Positions 18,803-28,339 of a stretch of 48,384 nucleotides of DNA are shown here, piece after piece. Numbering within the stretch: the first letter of the stretch is position 1; every line of letters begins with the position of its first letter. Below the pieces are notes generated by a model that saw only the letters and a program-made list of their open reading frames with translations, had not been told where the DNA came from and ran no database searches. Source of the stretch: Methanobacteriota archaeon (GTDB lineage: Archaea; Thermoplasmatota; Poseidoniia; Poseidoniales; Thalassarchaeaceae); contig PBSO01000017.1 of NCBI GenBank assembly GCA_002726275.1, positions 7,583-55,966 on the forward strand, read 5' to 3'. Both the position numbers and the translations under genes were made by a program.

Positions 18803-19633
18803 ATGAGTCCTCTCCAAAGATTGCAATCAAGGGCGCGAATGATTGAAACAGTAGTCGAGAGGGGACAGAGCATGTCTGAACGATCCATGGCGATGGGGGT
18901 GGCACTATTGCTTGCTCCAAACTTGTGCGTGGTGTCAATTAGATTTGGTCTACCTGTCCTCAATGACATCATCTCTGAAGATATAGTCCTTGAAATTGGA
19001 ATACACACTGCAGCCACGATTCTGGGATTACTGATGTTCCTGAGGTATAGGAGGGTCGAGGATCATGAGTATCACAGGTCAAAGATAATCAGAGGGCTAT
19101 CTAAAACATACAAGAGTGAGGATAGGGGGCTCTGGGGCGATAAATCAGATAGGGCACTAGAGAAACTGGAGGGCAACTTATCCAATATCTCCAAAAAATC
19201 TTCAAGAAAATCAAGGGAGAGGATGTCAGGGACTGTTGGTTCAATCAATACCGAGATGTCTGAGGTTGAGATAGGTGAGGAATTCGAAGCCGATGTTAGA
19301 GTTTCAGGAATACAAACAATTGTCGATGATGAAAAAATCAGAGAGGAAAGATCGAAAAATAGCACTTCGATTTCCTCCCTCTTTGGATCAATAATGGACT
19401 CTTCCGCTAGGAGGAGATTGGAGAGGGAGAAGGCCAAGGCCGAGAGGAAGAAGGCCAAGGCCGAGAGGAAGAAGGCCAAAATGCAGAACAAGAAGGAATC
19501 AATATCGGGTACTGAATGGGATGCCCCATCTCCTTCTTCAATGACTAGGTCCGTAGTCTCATGTAAGAATTGCGGGAACCTGAATAATAGCAGTGTTCAG
19601 TACTGTAGTTCTTGTGGGGACTTCTTGGCTTAG
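18803..19633 (+). CDS. Hypothetical membrane protein with two N-terminal TM helices, a charged coiled region and a C-terminal zinc ribbon
   Basis: Two hydrophobic segments; C-terminal CKNCGNLNNSSVQYCSSCG. Confidence 0.7.
   Translation: MSPLQRLQSRARMIETVVERGQSMSERSMAMGVALLLAPNLCVVSIRFGLPVLNDIISEDIVLEIGIHTAATILGLLMFLRYRRVEDHEYHRSKIIRGLSKTYKSEDRGLWGDKSDRALEKLEGNLSNISKKSSRKSRERMSGTVGSINTEMSEVEIGEEFEADVRVSGIQTIVDDEKIREERSKNSTSISSLFGSIMDSSARRRLEREKAKAERKKAKAERKKAKMQNKKESISGTEWDAPSPSSMTRSVVSCKNCGNLNNSSVQYCSSCGDFLA
19421..19480 (+). repeat. 21-bp tandem repeat (about 2.9 copies) encoding ERKKAKA
   Basis: GAGAGGGAGAAGGCCAAGGCC / GAGAGGAAGAAGGCCAAGGCC / GAGAGGAAGAAGGCCAAA. Confidence 0.9.
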
Positions 19634-19666
19634 CAGGGAACGGTTGAAAGCACCCAGGCTGGAGCC

Positions 19667-20830
19667 ATGGTCGAGAGTATGTCGGAGAAGAGGGACTACT
19701 ATGAGGTCCTGGGGCTGTCTAGGGGTGCCAGTAAGGAAGAAATACGCACATCATACAGGTCTCTAGCCAGGAAATATCACCCCGATAAGAATCCCGATGA
19801 TCCAGAAGCAGAGAGCAGGTTCAAGGAACTCTCGGAAGCCTTTGCAATTCTCTCCGACGATGACGAAAGGAGGAAGTACGACACATTTGGACATAATTCC
19901 CCCGGTGGCTCCCCCTTTGGTCCGGGAGGATTTCAAGGGGTGAATATCAGCATCGACGATCTTTTTGGAGGGGACCTTGGAGGAATATTCAGCCAATTCT
20001 TCCGTACATCAACAGCAAATAGAAGGGTCAAAGGATCCGACCTCATGGTTAGGCACTCTGTGCCATTCCAAGCAATTATGGACGGGAGTGAAGATGAAAT
20101 CGAGTTCGACGCCCTCAGAGTGTGCAGTGATTGTGAGGGAGAGGGATCTAAGGACCCATCATCCGTAAGAAGCTGTCCAGCATGCGATGGTAGGGGAAGG
20201 GTCGAGAGAGTGGAGAGAATCGGCCCATTCACCCAGAGGGTTGTCTCCGACTGCCCTTCTTGCGACGGAGGGGGAAGGATAATCCAGGACCCCTGTAGTG
20301 GGTGTAACGGCCTAGGGCGCGCAACTCAAAACAAGAAAGTCAGATTCTCAGTTCCACCAGGTGTTTCAAATGGTGTCAGACTCAGAATGAGGGGGCACGG
20401 GGAGTCTTCTAGAAACCACGGCGGAGAATCAGGCGATTTGTACATAGAGATAGAAGTGGAGAATCACGAATGGTTCGAGAGGGACGGGTCCGATTTGCTC
20501 ATGGCCCTGCCAATCGGATTTGCAGACCTTCTTCTGGGCACTTCCATACAGATCCCTCATTTGGACGGAGATTTGCTGAATGTTAAGATACCAGCCGGCT
20601 CAAATCCCGGTGATACTATTTCAATCCCAGGAAGGGGCTTGCCGGGCCAAGGAATGAGAGGGAGAGGAGAGGTTTCAGTGGTTCTGAAATTGGATATTCC
20701 CGATAAGATATCACGCGCAGATAAAAAGAGAATCTCCGAGATGCATGATATATTGGGGACAAATACAGAAATTATCGATGACAAAATACGGGAAGAGGCC
20801 AGAAGGCGCAGAGGTTCTCGTAGGAGATAG
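19667..20830 (+). CDS. dnaJ: Molecular chaperone DnaJ
   Basis: J domain (RDYYEVLG, HPD), G/F-rich region, four CxxCxGxG repeats and C-terminal domain. Start may be 19679. Confidence 0.96.
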   Translation: MVESMSEKRDYYEVLGLSRGASKEEIRTSYRSLARKYHPDKNPDDPEAESRFKELSEAFAILSDDDERRKYDTFGHNSPGGSPFGPGGFQGVNISIDDLFGGDLGGIFSQFFRTSTANRRVKGSDLMVRHSVPFQAIMDGSEDEIEFDALRVCSDCEGEGSKDPSSVRSCPACDGRGRVERVERIGPFTQRVVSDCPSCDGGGRIIQDPCSGCNGLGRATQNKKVRFSVPPGVSNGVRLRMRGHGESSRNHGGESGDLYIEIEVENHEWFERDGSDLLMALPIGFADLLLGTSIQIPHLDGDLLNVKIPAGSNPGDTISIPGRGLPGQGMRGRGEVSVVLKLDIPDKISRADKKRISEMHDILGTNTEIIDDKIREEARRRRGSRRR

Positions 20831-20833
20831 AAA

Positions 20834-22972
20834 TCATTCCGATTCAAGACTCTGCCAATCGATTGCACTACGGGGCGCTACTGCTACAGGTTCGCCACCA
20901 ACCAAACCAGATAATTGGAATGTTAGGACACTGGGACTACCTTCTATTGACATTCGAATGAATGTTCTACTGCCGGATTCCAAAGTGTCTAGAAATATCT
21001 CATCACCGCGGAAGAGGTGTTTGGGGTAGACATTGTCAATCCCAACCAATGACCCCTCCGGAGAGTGGAATCTTATGGCGGCTAACTTCCAATCTTCAGG
21101 CCCAACCCTAATTCCAAGAATCAGTGAGCTGCCCATTTCTACTCCCCAGGCACACACTTCAATCTGATCAGTCATGTGCCTAATTACGGGTCTACCCCAT
21201 TCCGAAATTATGCCTGACCAGGGACTATCTCCAAGTTGATGGAGGGCAGATTCAACAACTCTCTCGTCTATCTCACTCTCAGAAATTTCTTTGGAGAGTC
21301 TCTCCCGAAGCCTCCTGAGCCTCCTCCTTTCGTGCGCTTCAATAATATCTGACCCCTTTGTACCCGAGAAAAGCCTCCTCCTTTCCCACCAAATAACAAC
21401 AGCCAGGGGGATGATCATGATGGCCCCGAGGAATATGTAGAGGTCATTGAAAAGGTAGGAAAGATCACTCAACTCGGCATCATCAGGGATATCTTCACCT
21501 GCATAAAACAGAGTGAATCCATATTCCACTTCAGCATCTGAGGAAGAGAGCCTCTCCACCCTTAGTGCATGCAAACCATTCGGAACGCTAATCATTGAAC
21601 CATTTGTGTAATTCAGGATATTCCAATTATTCTGATCGAGTGACTGGATCTGAAAACTCACCGGGGATGAGCCAACGTCCCTAAGGTATACTCTAGAGCC
21701 ATTCTCGTCTCCGATACTGAAGATGTGAACATCTACATTGTCTCCCGGGCCCAAAGTACCGGAAAGTTCCAATGGCCCCGGCAGGACATGTTCGTGATGA
21801 CCCCATGGCCCACTTTCCCCCCATATGTAGTCAGGTGCGTCTCCAATCATCTTTCCATCATTCATTGAATCTGACGAGATGTCGATATTCCAAGAAATGG
21901 CTACGCTCGAGCGAACTCTGAACTCCAAGGAATATGCGTCTGCCGGAGTAACAATTGACTCGGGGCAAGAATCAATTTCTTCTTCAATAAAATCGGAGCC
22001 ATTCACAGTTTGCACTAGTATGTCAATCAATACCTCTCCGATGAAGATGCAGTGCGGGGTTATTTCCATCTTAGAGCCGGCCTGCAGTAAAAGGGAATCG
22101 CCATCCATGTCGAATCCTGAAATATGTCCAGAATAAGGGCCGGAACCGAATGCTAAATGATCCCCATGGTCCCATTCCCCACTTAGCTCGCCACCTCCTG
22201 GGGCCTCTGCCTGGTCATCAAATCTTGACAGACTAATTTCATAGGGAGAATATCCAGAATCTGTTGGGTGGACAACTCTTAGCCAAAGCCTCGAGTCATT
22301 AGGATAGTCGAGAATTATTGGGAACTCACTTTCGCTCGACAATACTTCGATAAGAGACTTGGACTCAGCATTGCTCTCCCAAATTTCCAAATCAATTACT
22401 CCTCTCCCTCTGAAATCATCAATGACAACTATATCGCCATCATCCCCCTCAATTCTGAATGAGTCCATGTCTTCCTCATCTTCCAAGGATCCAACGAAGA
22501 TTACTGCAGTACTGCCGAAATCCAGTGAATTACACCTGCTAAGCTGACAAATGGAGGTGGCATCTAATTCAAAAGAACCATCTTGGTTGCCAGGCAATGG
22601 GACGATTTCTTCCAGATCATCAGTTTCCACTAATGACTCTTCTAACGGAAGAATGGTGTCGAACATTATGTTTGCAATTCCCACTCCCTCATCTGCGTTC
22701 ACTTTCCATGATATGCCATTTTCGAACGGCCCAGACCATTGGACTTTGTGCTGGTCAGAGATTACCTGTTCCGACCCATCGTAAATGACGACCAATTCCA
22801 GTCCAGGGCAACTAACCTCCACACATTCAGCAACAAGCCATGCAGGACCCCCTCTTTCCAACGCTCCTTCGATAAGAACCACACCCCCCTCCTCTGCGAG
22901 AGCCGGATGGCCAACAAAGACAATTGAGGTGGCCAGAATCAACGATAGAAGTGCTGCCCTCGCCCCCTCCAT
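20834..22972 (-). CDS. Hypothetical single-pass membrane protein with an acidic extracellular beta region and a cytoplasmic C-terminal domain
   Basis: Signal peptide. PPC-like motifs (GSLEDEEDMDSFRI, GTLGPGDNVDVHIF). TM helix YIFLGAIMIIPLAVVIWW followed by about 180 aa. Confidence 0.72.
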   Translation of the reverse strand: MEGARAALLSLILATSIVFVGHPALAEEGGVVLIEGALERGGPAWLVAECVEVSCPGLELVVIYDGSEQVISDQHKVQWSGPFENGISWKVNADEGVGIANIMFDTILPLEESLVETDDLEEIVPLPGNQDGSFELDATSICQLSRCNSLDFGSTAVIFVGSLEDEEDMDSFRIEGDDGDIVVIDDFRGRGVIDLEIWESNAESKSLIEVLSSESEFPIILDYPNDSRLWLRVVHPTDSGYSPYEISLSRFDDQAEAPGGGELSGEWDHGDHLAFGSGPYSGHISGFDMDGDSLLLQAGSKMEITPHCIFIGEVLIDILVQTVNGSDFIEEEIDSCPESIVTPADAYSLEFRVRSSVAISWNIDISSDSMNDGKMIGDAPDYIWGESGPWGHHEHVLPGPLELSGTLGPGDNVDVHIFSIGDENGSRVYLRDVGSSPVSFQIQSLDQNNWNILNYTNGSMISVPNGLHALRVERLSSSDAEVEYGFTLFYAGEDIPDDAELSDLSYLFNDLYIFLGAIMIIPLAVVIWWERRRLFSGTKGSDIIEAHERRRLRRLRERLSKEISESEIDERVVESALHQLGDSPWSGIISEWGRPVIRHMTDQIEVCAWGVEMGSSLILGIRVGPEDWKLAAIRFHSPEGSLVGIDNVYPKHLFRGDEIFLDTLESGSRTFIRMSIEGSPSVLTFQLSGLVGGEPVAVAPRSAIDWQSLESE

Positions 22973-23034
22973 GCAATATCCGAGCAGTAATCAGTCTTAG
23001 AATCCTTCAAGCGAAGTTTCTCATTCGAGGCACT

Positions 23035-24816
23035 ATGGAGGGCAGGCCACTATCTCGGGATGTCATAGCTAGGCACCGTTCTGCAAGACTCTTTTCTCTG
23101 GGGGATAGGGGCAATCCTGCATCGTGGGCCCCTGCACTGGTAATGTCAGATAAAGACCCTGAATTGTCGGTTTCAATGGCCCCACTATGTTTCAAGAGGG
23201 ATAATTCAGAGTTTCCAGCCAAACTTACGATGACCACTCGAGAAAAGATATGTTTTCCATTTGACGGTATTGATGAATGGAGCGCTATAGAAGGACTGGT
23301 ATTGCCTTCCAGCCTCGACAAATCTGATTCTGGAAGTTTCGGTTCTGGAATAAACCTACTACCAGTTTCTTGGCAGTCGTTACATCATGACAATGCACTC
23401 TCCGAAGACTCTCTAGAACCATCAATCGTAATCCTCACGGACGCTCCTCAATTAGCCAGAAGTCGCGGCAAGTTAGCAAAATCATTGGACGTAATTAGGA
23501 GGAGATTCCCCTCTTCTCTAATATGGGCCCCGGGAATTTCTGGACCGGATAATTGCCATCTTCTTTCATGGCTAGGTGTCGATTTATTTGACCTCTCAAG
23601 ATCACGAAATGCATCTGCCTCGGGACTCATTCTATCAGCAGGTGGCCCCAGGGAACCTGAGGAAACTATGGGAGAGGGACATTGCATGGAAACTCAGATA
23701 GGACATTGGAAATCCGCTATTTCAAGCCTGAGGCAGTCGATTAGATCGGGAACCTTACGTGAGGAAGTGGAAAACTCCATCGGTTCCAGTCCCAGATCGG
23801 TGGAGAGGCTTAGGATTCATGACTCAATGATGAGTAACAACATTGGTCGCGCAGGACTTTCTAGCGTCGTGGGGAGGGGCAGGAGGGTGAGGTGCAACTC
23901 CCCGATAAGTCGCGATGACCCCCTCATACGTGATTGGAGGGAGAGGGTATCAGAATCCCACACTCCTCCAAAGCATCAGGAAGAAGTCCTCCTCCTACTT
24001 CCATGTTCAGCCACAAAGCCCTACCGACTCTCCCCGAGTCACCACAGATTCCTGAAGAATGTCAGTAGTAATAGGATCCATCAGGTCATGGTAACCGCGC
24101 CACTTGGTTTAGTTCCTAGGGAGTTAGAGGACCTCTGGCCAGCAGCTCACTATGACATCCCGGTCACAGGAGACTGGGATGAAGACGAATTAATAATAAT
24201 CAGGAATATGGTGGGGAATCTTGTTGAGAGAGTGGGATACAAGCACGTGATAAACCACTCCGGACTGGAAGTCAAAGTTGATGGTACGAATGTCCATGAC
24301 ACTAGGGTGGGCGGTACAGCCGGCTCCGAACAGTCTTTGTCTAGGCTCCAGCAAACCACCAAAAATCTAGCCTCATCACTTGGTTTGGAAGATTTCCGAC
24401 AATCCGATGAGCGACTAGGTGTTATGGAGTCAAGATCTAGGTTCATTCATGGTTCTGATGAATGGCTCAAGGGCTCAGTCGTCTCTGGGAGGCCCCCAAT
24501 TCTGACAATTACAAAATCGGGAGAGCAACTAGCAAGGTGGAACCCACGTGATGGCCGATTCGCTCTTTCCAAGAAGGCCCTTCCACTAATGGAAAGTAAC
24601 GACTCGATGCCAAGGGCGCATCTGAAATCTAATCACAAATGGGTCGGCGACTTGTTTCCCACGAATGTCGAACACTTCCAGGGAGATATCAGAGTTGGCG
24701 ATGAGATATTGGTCTATCAGGATGGGGGACTGGTCGGTTCGGCAAGAGCAGTTGCCCCTCAATGGGAATGGCCTCTCGGACCGGGAAGGCTAGCGCGTAC
24801 GAGGCACAGACTCTGA
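23035..24816 (+). CDS. arcS: Archaeosine synthase subunit ArcS (TgtA2-like, C-terminal PUA domain)
   Basis: LGVDLFD, LLLPCSATKPY..S.SH, TAPLGLVPRELE and AHYDIPVTGDW motifs. C-terminal PUA-like IRVGDEILV. Start moved to ATG 23035. Confidence 0.85.
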   Translation: MEGRPLSRDVIARHRSARLFSLGDRGNPASWAPALVMSDKDPELSVSMAPLCFKRDNSEFPAKLTMTTREKICFPFDGIDEWSAIEGLVLPSSLDKSDSGSFGSGINLLPVSWQSLHHDNALSEDSLEPSIVILTDAPQLARSRGKLAKSLDVIRRRFPSSLIWAPGISGPDNCHLLSWLGVDLFDLSRSRNASASGLILSAGGPREPEETMGEGHCMETQIGHWKSAISSLRQSIRSGTLREEVENSIGSSPRSVERLRIHDSMMSNNIGRAGLSSVVGRGRRVRCNSPISRDDPLIRDWRERVSESHTPPKHQEEVLLLLPCSATKPYRLSPSHHRFLKNVSSNRIHQVMVTAPLGLVPRELEDLWPAAHYDIPVTGDWDEDELIIIRNMVGNLVERVGYKHVINHSGLEVKVDGTNVHDTRVGGTAGSEQSLSRLQQTTKNLASSLGLEDFRQSDERLGVMESRSRFIHGSDEWLKGSVVSGRPPILTITKSGEQLARWNPRDGRFALSKKALPLMESNDSMPRAHLKSNHKWVGDLFPTNVEHFQGDIRVGDEILVYQDGGLVGSARAVAPQWEWPLGPGRLARTRHRL

Positions 24817-24876
24817 GGTACTAGAAGCCCACCCCATCGCAGCGATTAAAGAGGGAGAGCAGGTCGCCCGCTCGCT

Positions 24877-24883
24877 GGAGGAG
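24877..24883 (+). promoter_or_regulatory. Shine-Dalgarno motif of rps15
   Basis: GGAGGAG immediately upstream of ATG 24889. Confidence 0.6.
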
Positions 24884-24888
24884 TATGT

Positions 24889-25344
24889 ATGGCACGTATG
24901 CACAGTAAGGGAAAGGGTGCGAGTGGGTCATCTAGGCCCAATTCGGAAAACCCTCCAGAATGGTCAGAGACGGACAAGAAGGTAATTGAAGAACTAGTTG
25001 TCAATATGGCCAAAGAGGGGCATTCGACTGCCATGATAGGAATGACCCTAAGGGATCAACATGCAGTTCCGGATGTCCGCCTAGCAACTGGAGAGAGAAT
25101 TTCCCAGATTCTCTCAAGGAATGGAATTTCTCCCAAGTACCCAGAGGATATGATGAATCTGATGAGAAGGGCACTCGGTTTGATTGATCACCTAAATTCA
25201 AACTCAAAGGACCTTCACAACCGTCGCCAGTTGGAGCTCTGTGAGTCTAAGATTAGGCGTCTGTCAGTGTATTACAAGGAAGCTGGGAAGCTTGAAAGTG
25301 ATTGGCAGTACAAGAGGGACCAGCTCAGGCTCATGGTCGAATAA
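24889..25344 (+). CDS. rps15: 30S ribosomal protein uS15 (archaeal S15/S13e)
   Basis: MARMHSKGKGASGSSRP, IGMTLRDQH, PEDMMNL, KDLHNRRQL and ESKIRRL..YYK. Confidence 0.97.
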   Translation: MARMHSKGKGASGSSRPNSENPPEWSETDKKVIEELVVNMAKEGHSTAMIGMTLRDQHAVPDVRLATGERISQILSRNGISPKYPEDMMNLMRRALGLIDHLNSNSKDLHNRRQLELCESKIRRLSVYYKEAGKLESDWQYKRDQLRLMVE

Positions 25345-25385
25345 TCCATAGTAGGGGATTTGAACGAAATACCCTTCCCATTTGC

Positions 25386-26276
25386 ATGCGTGCACTCGCC
25401 AACGAGGAAATCTTCTCCTCCGTATCGGAAATTTTGCACTCAGCAGCTTCAATGGTTCGCTCTGGTGAGAGGGTAACTCTCGCCACCACGGAAGCCACGC
25501 TCCCCTCCTCACTTGCCATAGCGCCCATTGAGGCCGCGCTTTTGGATGAGGGACTCCCTTACAGGAGGAGTATCTCAGATGGGAGAAAGTCAGGATCAAT
25601 TAATCCCGAATCTACATTCATCATTATTGATATGGATAATGATGGCATCACTATTTCTGAGAAGGGTGCTCGTGGATTGCATATTGGGGCGAACGTACCA
25701 ACTATCGCCCATATGGGCCAACATGCAAAGGCTCGAAATGGAATATTGACACCCACTGCAATTTCACACGCCCTAGCTCAACTCATTTCGCCCTCTGGAA
25801 AACGAGTCAGAAGGATGAGGCCGTGGGCGATTTCAGGAAATTGGATTAGCCCCTCAATGGATGCAACATATGATCCAGTATATACTTCATTGAGGGATTT
25901 TCTAGAAGAAGAAGGGACAATCTCCGTAGTCCCCTTTCCCGAGGTCCCAGATCCAGACCCTCAATCCCGGCCATGGGTCAATAGTGACGATCTTGATGCT
26001 GTTAGGGAAAGATGGGCCGAACTTGATGCGGAAGGAAGGGCAAGAGCGATTTCACACCTGATGAGGCCTGGATTATTTTCTTCAGCGCCATCGACCGCAC
26101 GTTTCGAGGAATTGGGATGGCATTGTATTCTAGCACCAACTTGGGAGCGTGATTTGGCTGGGCAAATAAGGGAAGCATCATCAATATGGGGTACGAATAA
26201 CAGAGAGGACGCAGCGGGCAAACTAATTGATAGTCTGATTTCCAATGGTCAAATCCGAACTATTCAATCCGAATAA
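25386..26276 (+). CDS. Hypothetical protein, possibly a degenerate DHH/RecJ-like fold
   Basis: Lies directly after rps15, where many archaea encode a RecJ-like DHH protein. Weak pattern similarity (AALLDEGLPYRRSI, IIIDMD) but no DxD or DHH motif. Confidence 0.55.
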   Translation: MRALANEEIFSSVSEILHSAASMVRSGERVTLATTEATLPSSLAIAPIEAALLDEGLPYRRSISDGRKSGSINPESTFIIIDMDNDGITISEKGARGLHIGANVPTIAHMGQHAKARNGILTPTAISHALAQLISPSGKRVRRMRPWAISGNWISPSMDATYDPVYTSLRDFLEEEGTISVVPFPEVPDPDPQSRPWVNSDDLDAVRERWAELDAEGRARAISHLMRPGLFSSAPSTARFEELGWHCILAPTWERDLAGQIREASSIWGTNNREDAAGKLIDSLISNGQIRTIQSE

Positions 26277-28254
26277 CACTGTCACATTCAGAGCATGAAA
26301 TCCTTAGGGGCCTCACATCCGAATCAACTGAGATAGAATTGCCACAGGATGGACAACTCACCCTTCCTCCGCCCTTGCTGCTATCTCCTGACCTATCCTC
26401 CTTGGGTGACAGCAATGATATTGGGAAAACTAGTAGAATACTGGAAAAAACCACTCCTAGGACCATCTGCATCGGCAGCCCTAGGAAATATATCGCAAAT
26501 GACAGTAGCCCCATAGTAGCGACAGTTACCATTGTGGGAAACCTCGATCTCCTCCTAGTCATATTAAGTCCAATGCCGATTGCAGCGCAGAGTGCTAAAA
26601 CCATAATTCCAGAGCCGACCAGGACGCTGAACATCGGGTTTCCCGTTGGGGTAAAGGTAATTCTGAAATCTAACTCTAGGTCAAGCTCCTCCTGATTTAC
26701 TGAAATTGTCTCTTGCACAATCCACCTCCTATGAGAGTACTCCAGGCCTTCTGACGAGACCACCCCTATGTCATGAAGCATTGAACCGGTTAGCTCAACA
26801 CTCAGGCTTATGGATGTCCAGTATTCCTCCAAAGAAGGGCGGACGAAGTCCTCTACCAATAATTGACGCTCCCCTTCGCCCATCAAATAAGATGTCGAGA
26901 TTGTAATAACTATGGAATCTGAGCTGAACCCTCTTGTTCCGCCCATGTCGATGTTAATGTCAGTGGGGCCCAAGTCTATCGGATCGACCCCTAGAATCGA
27001 CTCTGACTCTATGAACATCCCATTGGAAAGGAAAGATCGCATGTCCGAAGTCGAACCTGTGAGATACCCCGTTAGAGCAACCAGTTCAGAATCATCCACC
27101 ATCCCATTGTTGTAGTCAGACTGTGGTATTGAGCTAGAGTAAGACTTCAGGTTTCTCCACCAACTACTGGATTCTAGACTAGAATTCCCTATGTTGTCTA
27201 ACCCCCACCTCATCCATTGAGACATCGAACCTCCAAATTCAATTGTTACATCCTTTTCCATTCTGTCTCCCTTCCAATCGGCAGAAACCGACAATGACAG
27301 ATCAGTTCCACCTGTCCTCAATGGCTCGTTAGCCGGATACCATGTCCCGCTTCCTCCGCCATCTTCCCCCACGGTAATGGTGTGTGTCATATTTGCTTCA
27401 ATTACGAGCCCTTCCTGTGGCTCAAGGTGGAAGTCAACACGGAATGTCCCTCCCTCCGTACCCTCGGGTATGCTCCAAACAAATGTGACTTCGACACCAT
27501 CCTCTACAGGGGTGGCAACCGGCTTCTCACTTACTGCAGAGTTTTGCACAGTGATCCCTCCGGACGAGGCAGTCCACATCCTGTCTTCAAAACCAGAAGA
27601 AAGAAGAATCGGGAAATATACTAGTGTCCCACTCACACTGGCATCCCTCATATGAATTTCAACCAGGGGTAGCTTCACATTGATACTAGATTTCTTGTCA
27701 TCAGAGCCCCAAACAAAGGTCACACCAGCGTTATCACCCGGTTGATTGAAACCAAGTAGTTGGACAATCAATGTGATTTCCACCAAGTCCCCCTCATTGA
27801 CCTCACCCGATTCAACATCAACCATGATCTGGATATCGCCTTCACCGGTTATGTACGGATTGAGTCCATCAGAACTTCCTTGGTAGAATGAACCTCCAAT
27901 TCTGACCTCTAGAGTTGCATTGATATTCACCCCCACTGCACCTTGAACCTCATATGGCATTGAGAACTCCCATGTAGAGTCTGGATGGCTTCCTTCAGAG
28001 CCCCAAACTACCCCCCACTTTCCAACTTCTATGGGCTGGAAAACTTGAGTCACCAATGTGGAGTCAGTTTCATCAAGATCGGAATCAAAGGGGGACAGAG
28101 TCCCGATGTCTGCCTCACCGAGCAAATACAACTCGAAGCCACCAGAGTTACAGCAGGCCGTCTGCTGTCCCGAGACTTGCGTGATGGGAGACAGTATGGT
28201 CAAAACCAAAGTCACACACAGAAGAAATGCATGACGACTCCGCCCCTCGTCCAT
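26260..28254 (-). CDS. Hypothetical membrane protein with a large extracellular domain, three C-terminal TM helices and a zinc ribbon
   Basis: Signal peptide; three hydrophobic helices near the C-terminus; tail CPSCG...CSEC. Confidence 0.75.
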   Translation of the reverse strand: MDEGRSRHAFLLCVTLVLTILSPITQVSGQQTACCNSGGFELYLLGEADIGTLSPFDSDLDETDSTLVTQVFQPIEVGKWGVVWGSEGSHPDSTWEFSMPYEVQGAVGVNINATLEVRIGGSFYQGSSDGLNPYITGEGDIQIMVDVESGEVNEGDLVEITLIVQLLGFNQPGDNAGVTFVWGSDDKKSSINVKLPLVEIHMRDASVSGTLVYFPILLSSGFEDRMWTASSGGITVQNSAVSEKPVATPVEDGVEVTFVWSIPEGTEGGTFRVDFHLEPQEGLVIEANMTHTITVGEDGGGSGTWYPANEPLRTGGTDLSLSVSADWKGDRMEKDVTIEFGGSMSQWMRWGLDNIGNSSLESSSWWRNLKSYSSSIPQSDYNNGMVDDSELVALTGYLTGSTSDMRSFLSNGMFIESESILGVDPIDLGPTDINIDMGGTRGFSSDSIVITISTSYLMGEGERQLLVEDFVRPSLEEYWTSISLSVELTGSMLHDIGVVSSEGLEYSHRRWIVQETISVNQEELDLELDFRITFTPTGNPMFSVLVGSGIMVLALCAAIGIGLNMTRRRSRFPTMVTVATMGLLSFAIYFLGLPMQMVLGVVFSSILLVFPISLLSPKEDRSGDSSKGGGRVSCPSCGNSISVDSDVRPLRISCSECDSVIRIE

Positions 28255-28339
28255 GCACGCACGTCACAACTAAACAACTTGAATACAACCCCTGAAAGGG
28301 CGCCAATAAGGTGAAAATCCCATCTGAAAAGATAAGTCA

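Noticed and set aside
19667-20830. dnaJ without adjacent dnaK/grpE
   Set aside because: Dispersed chaperone genes are common; the partners may lie outside the window.
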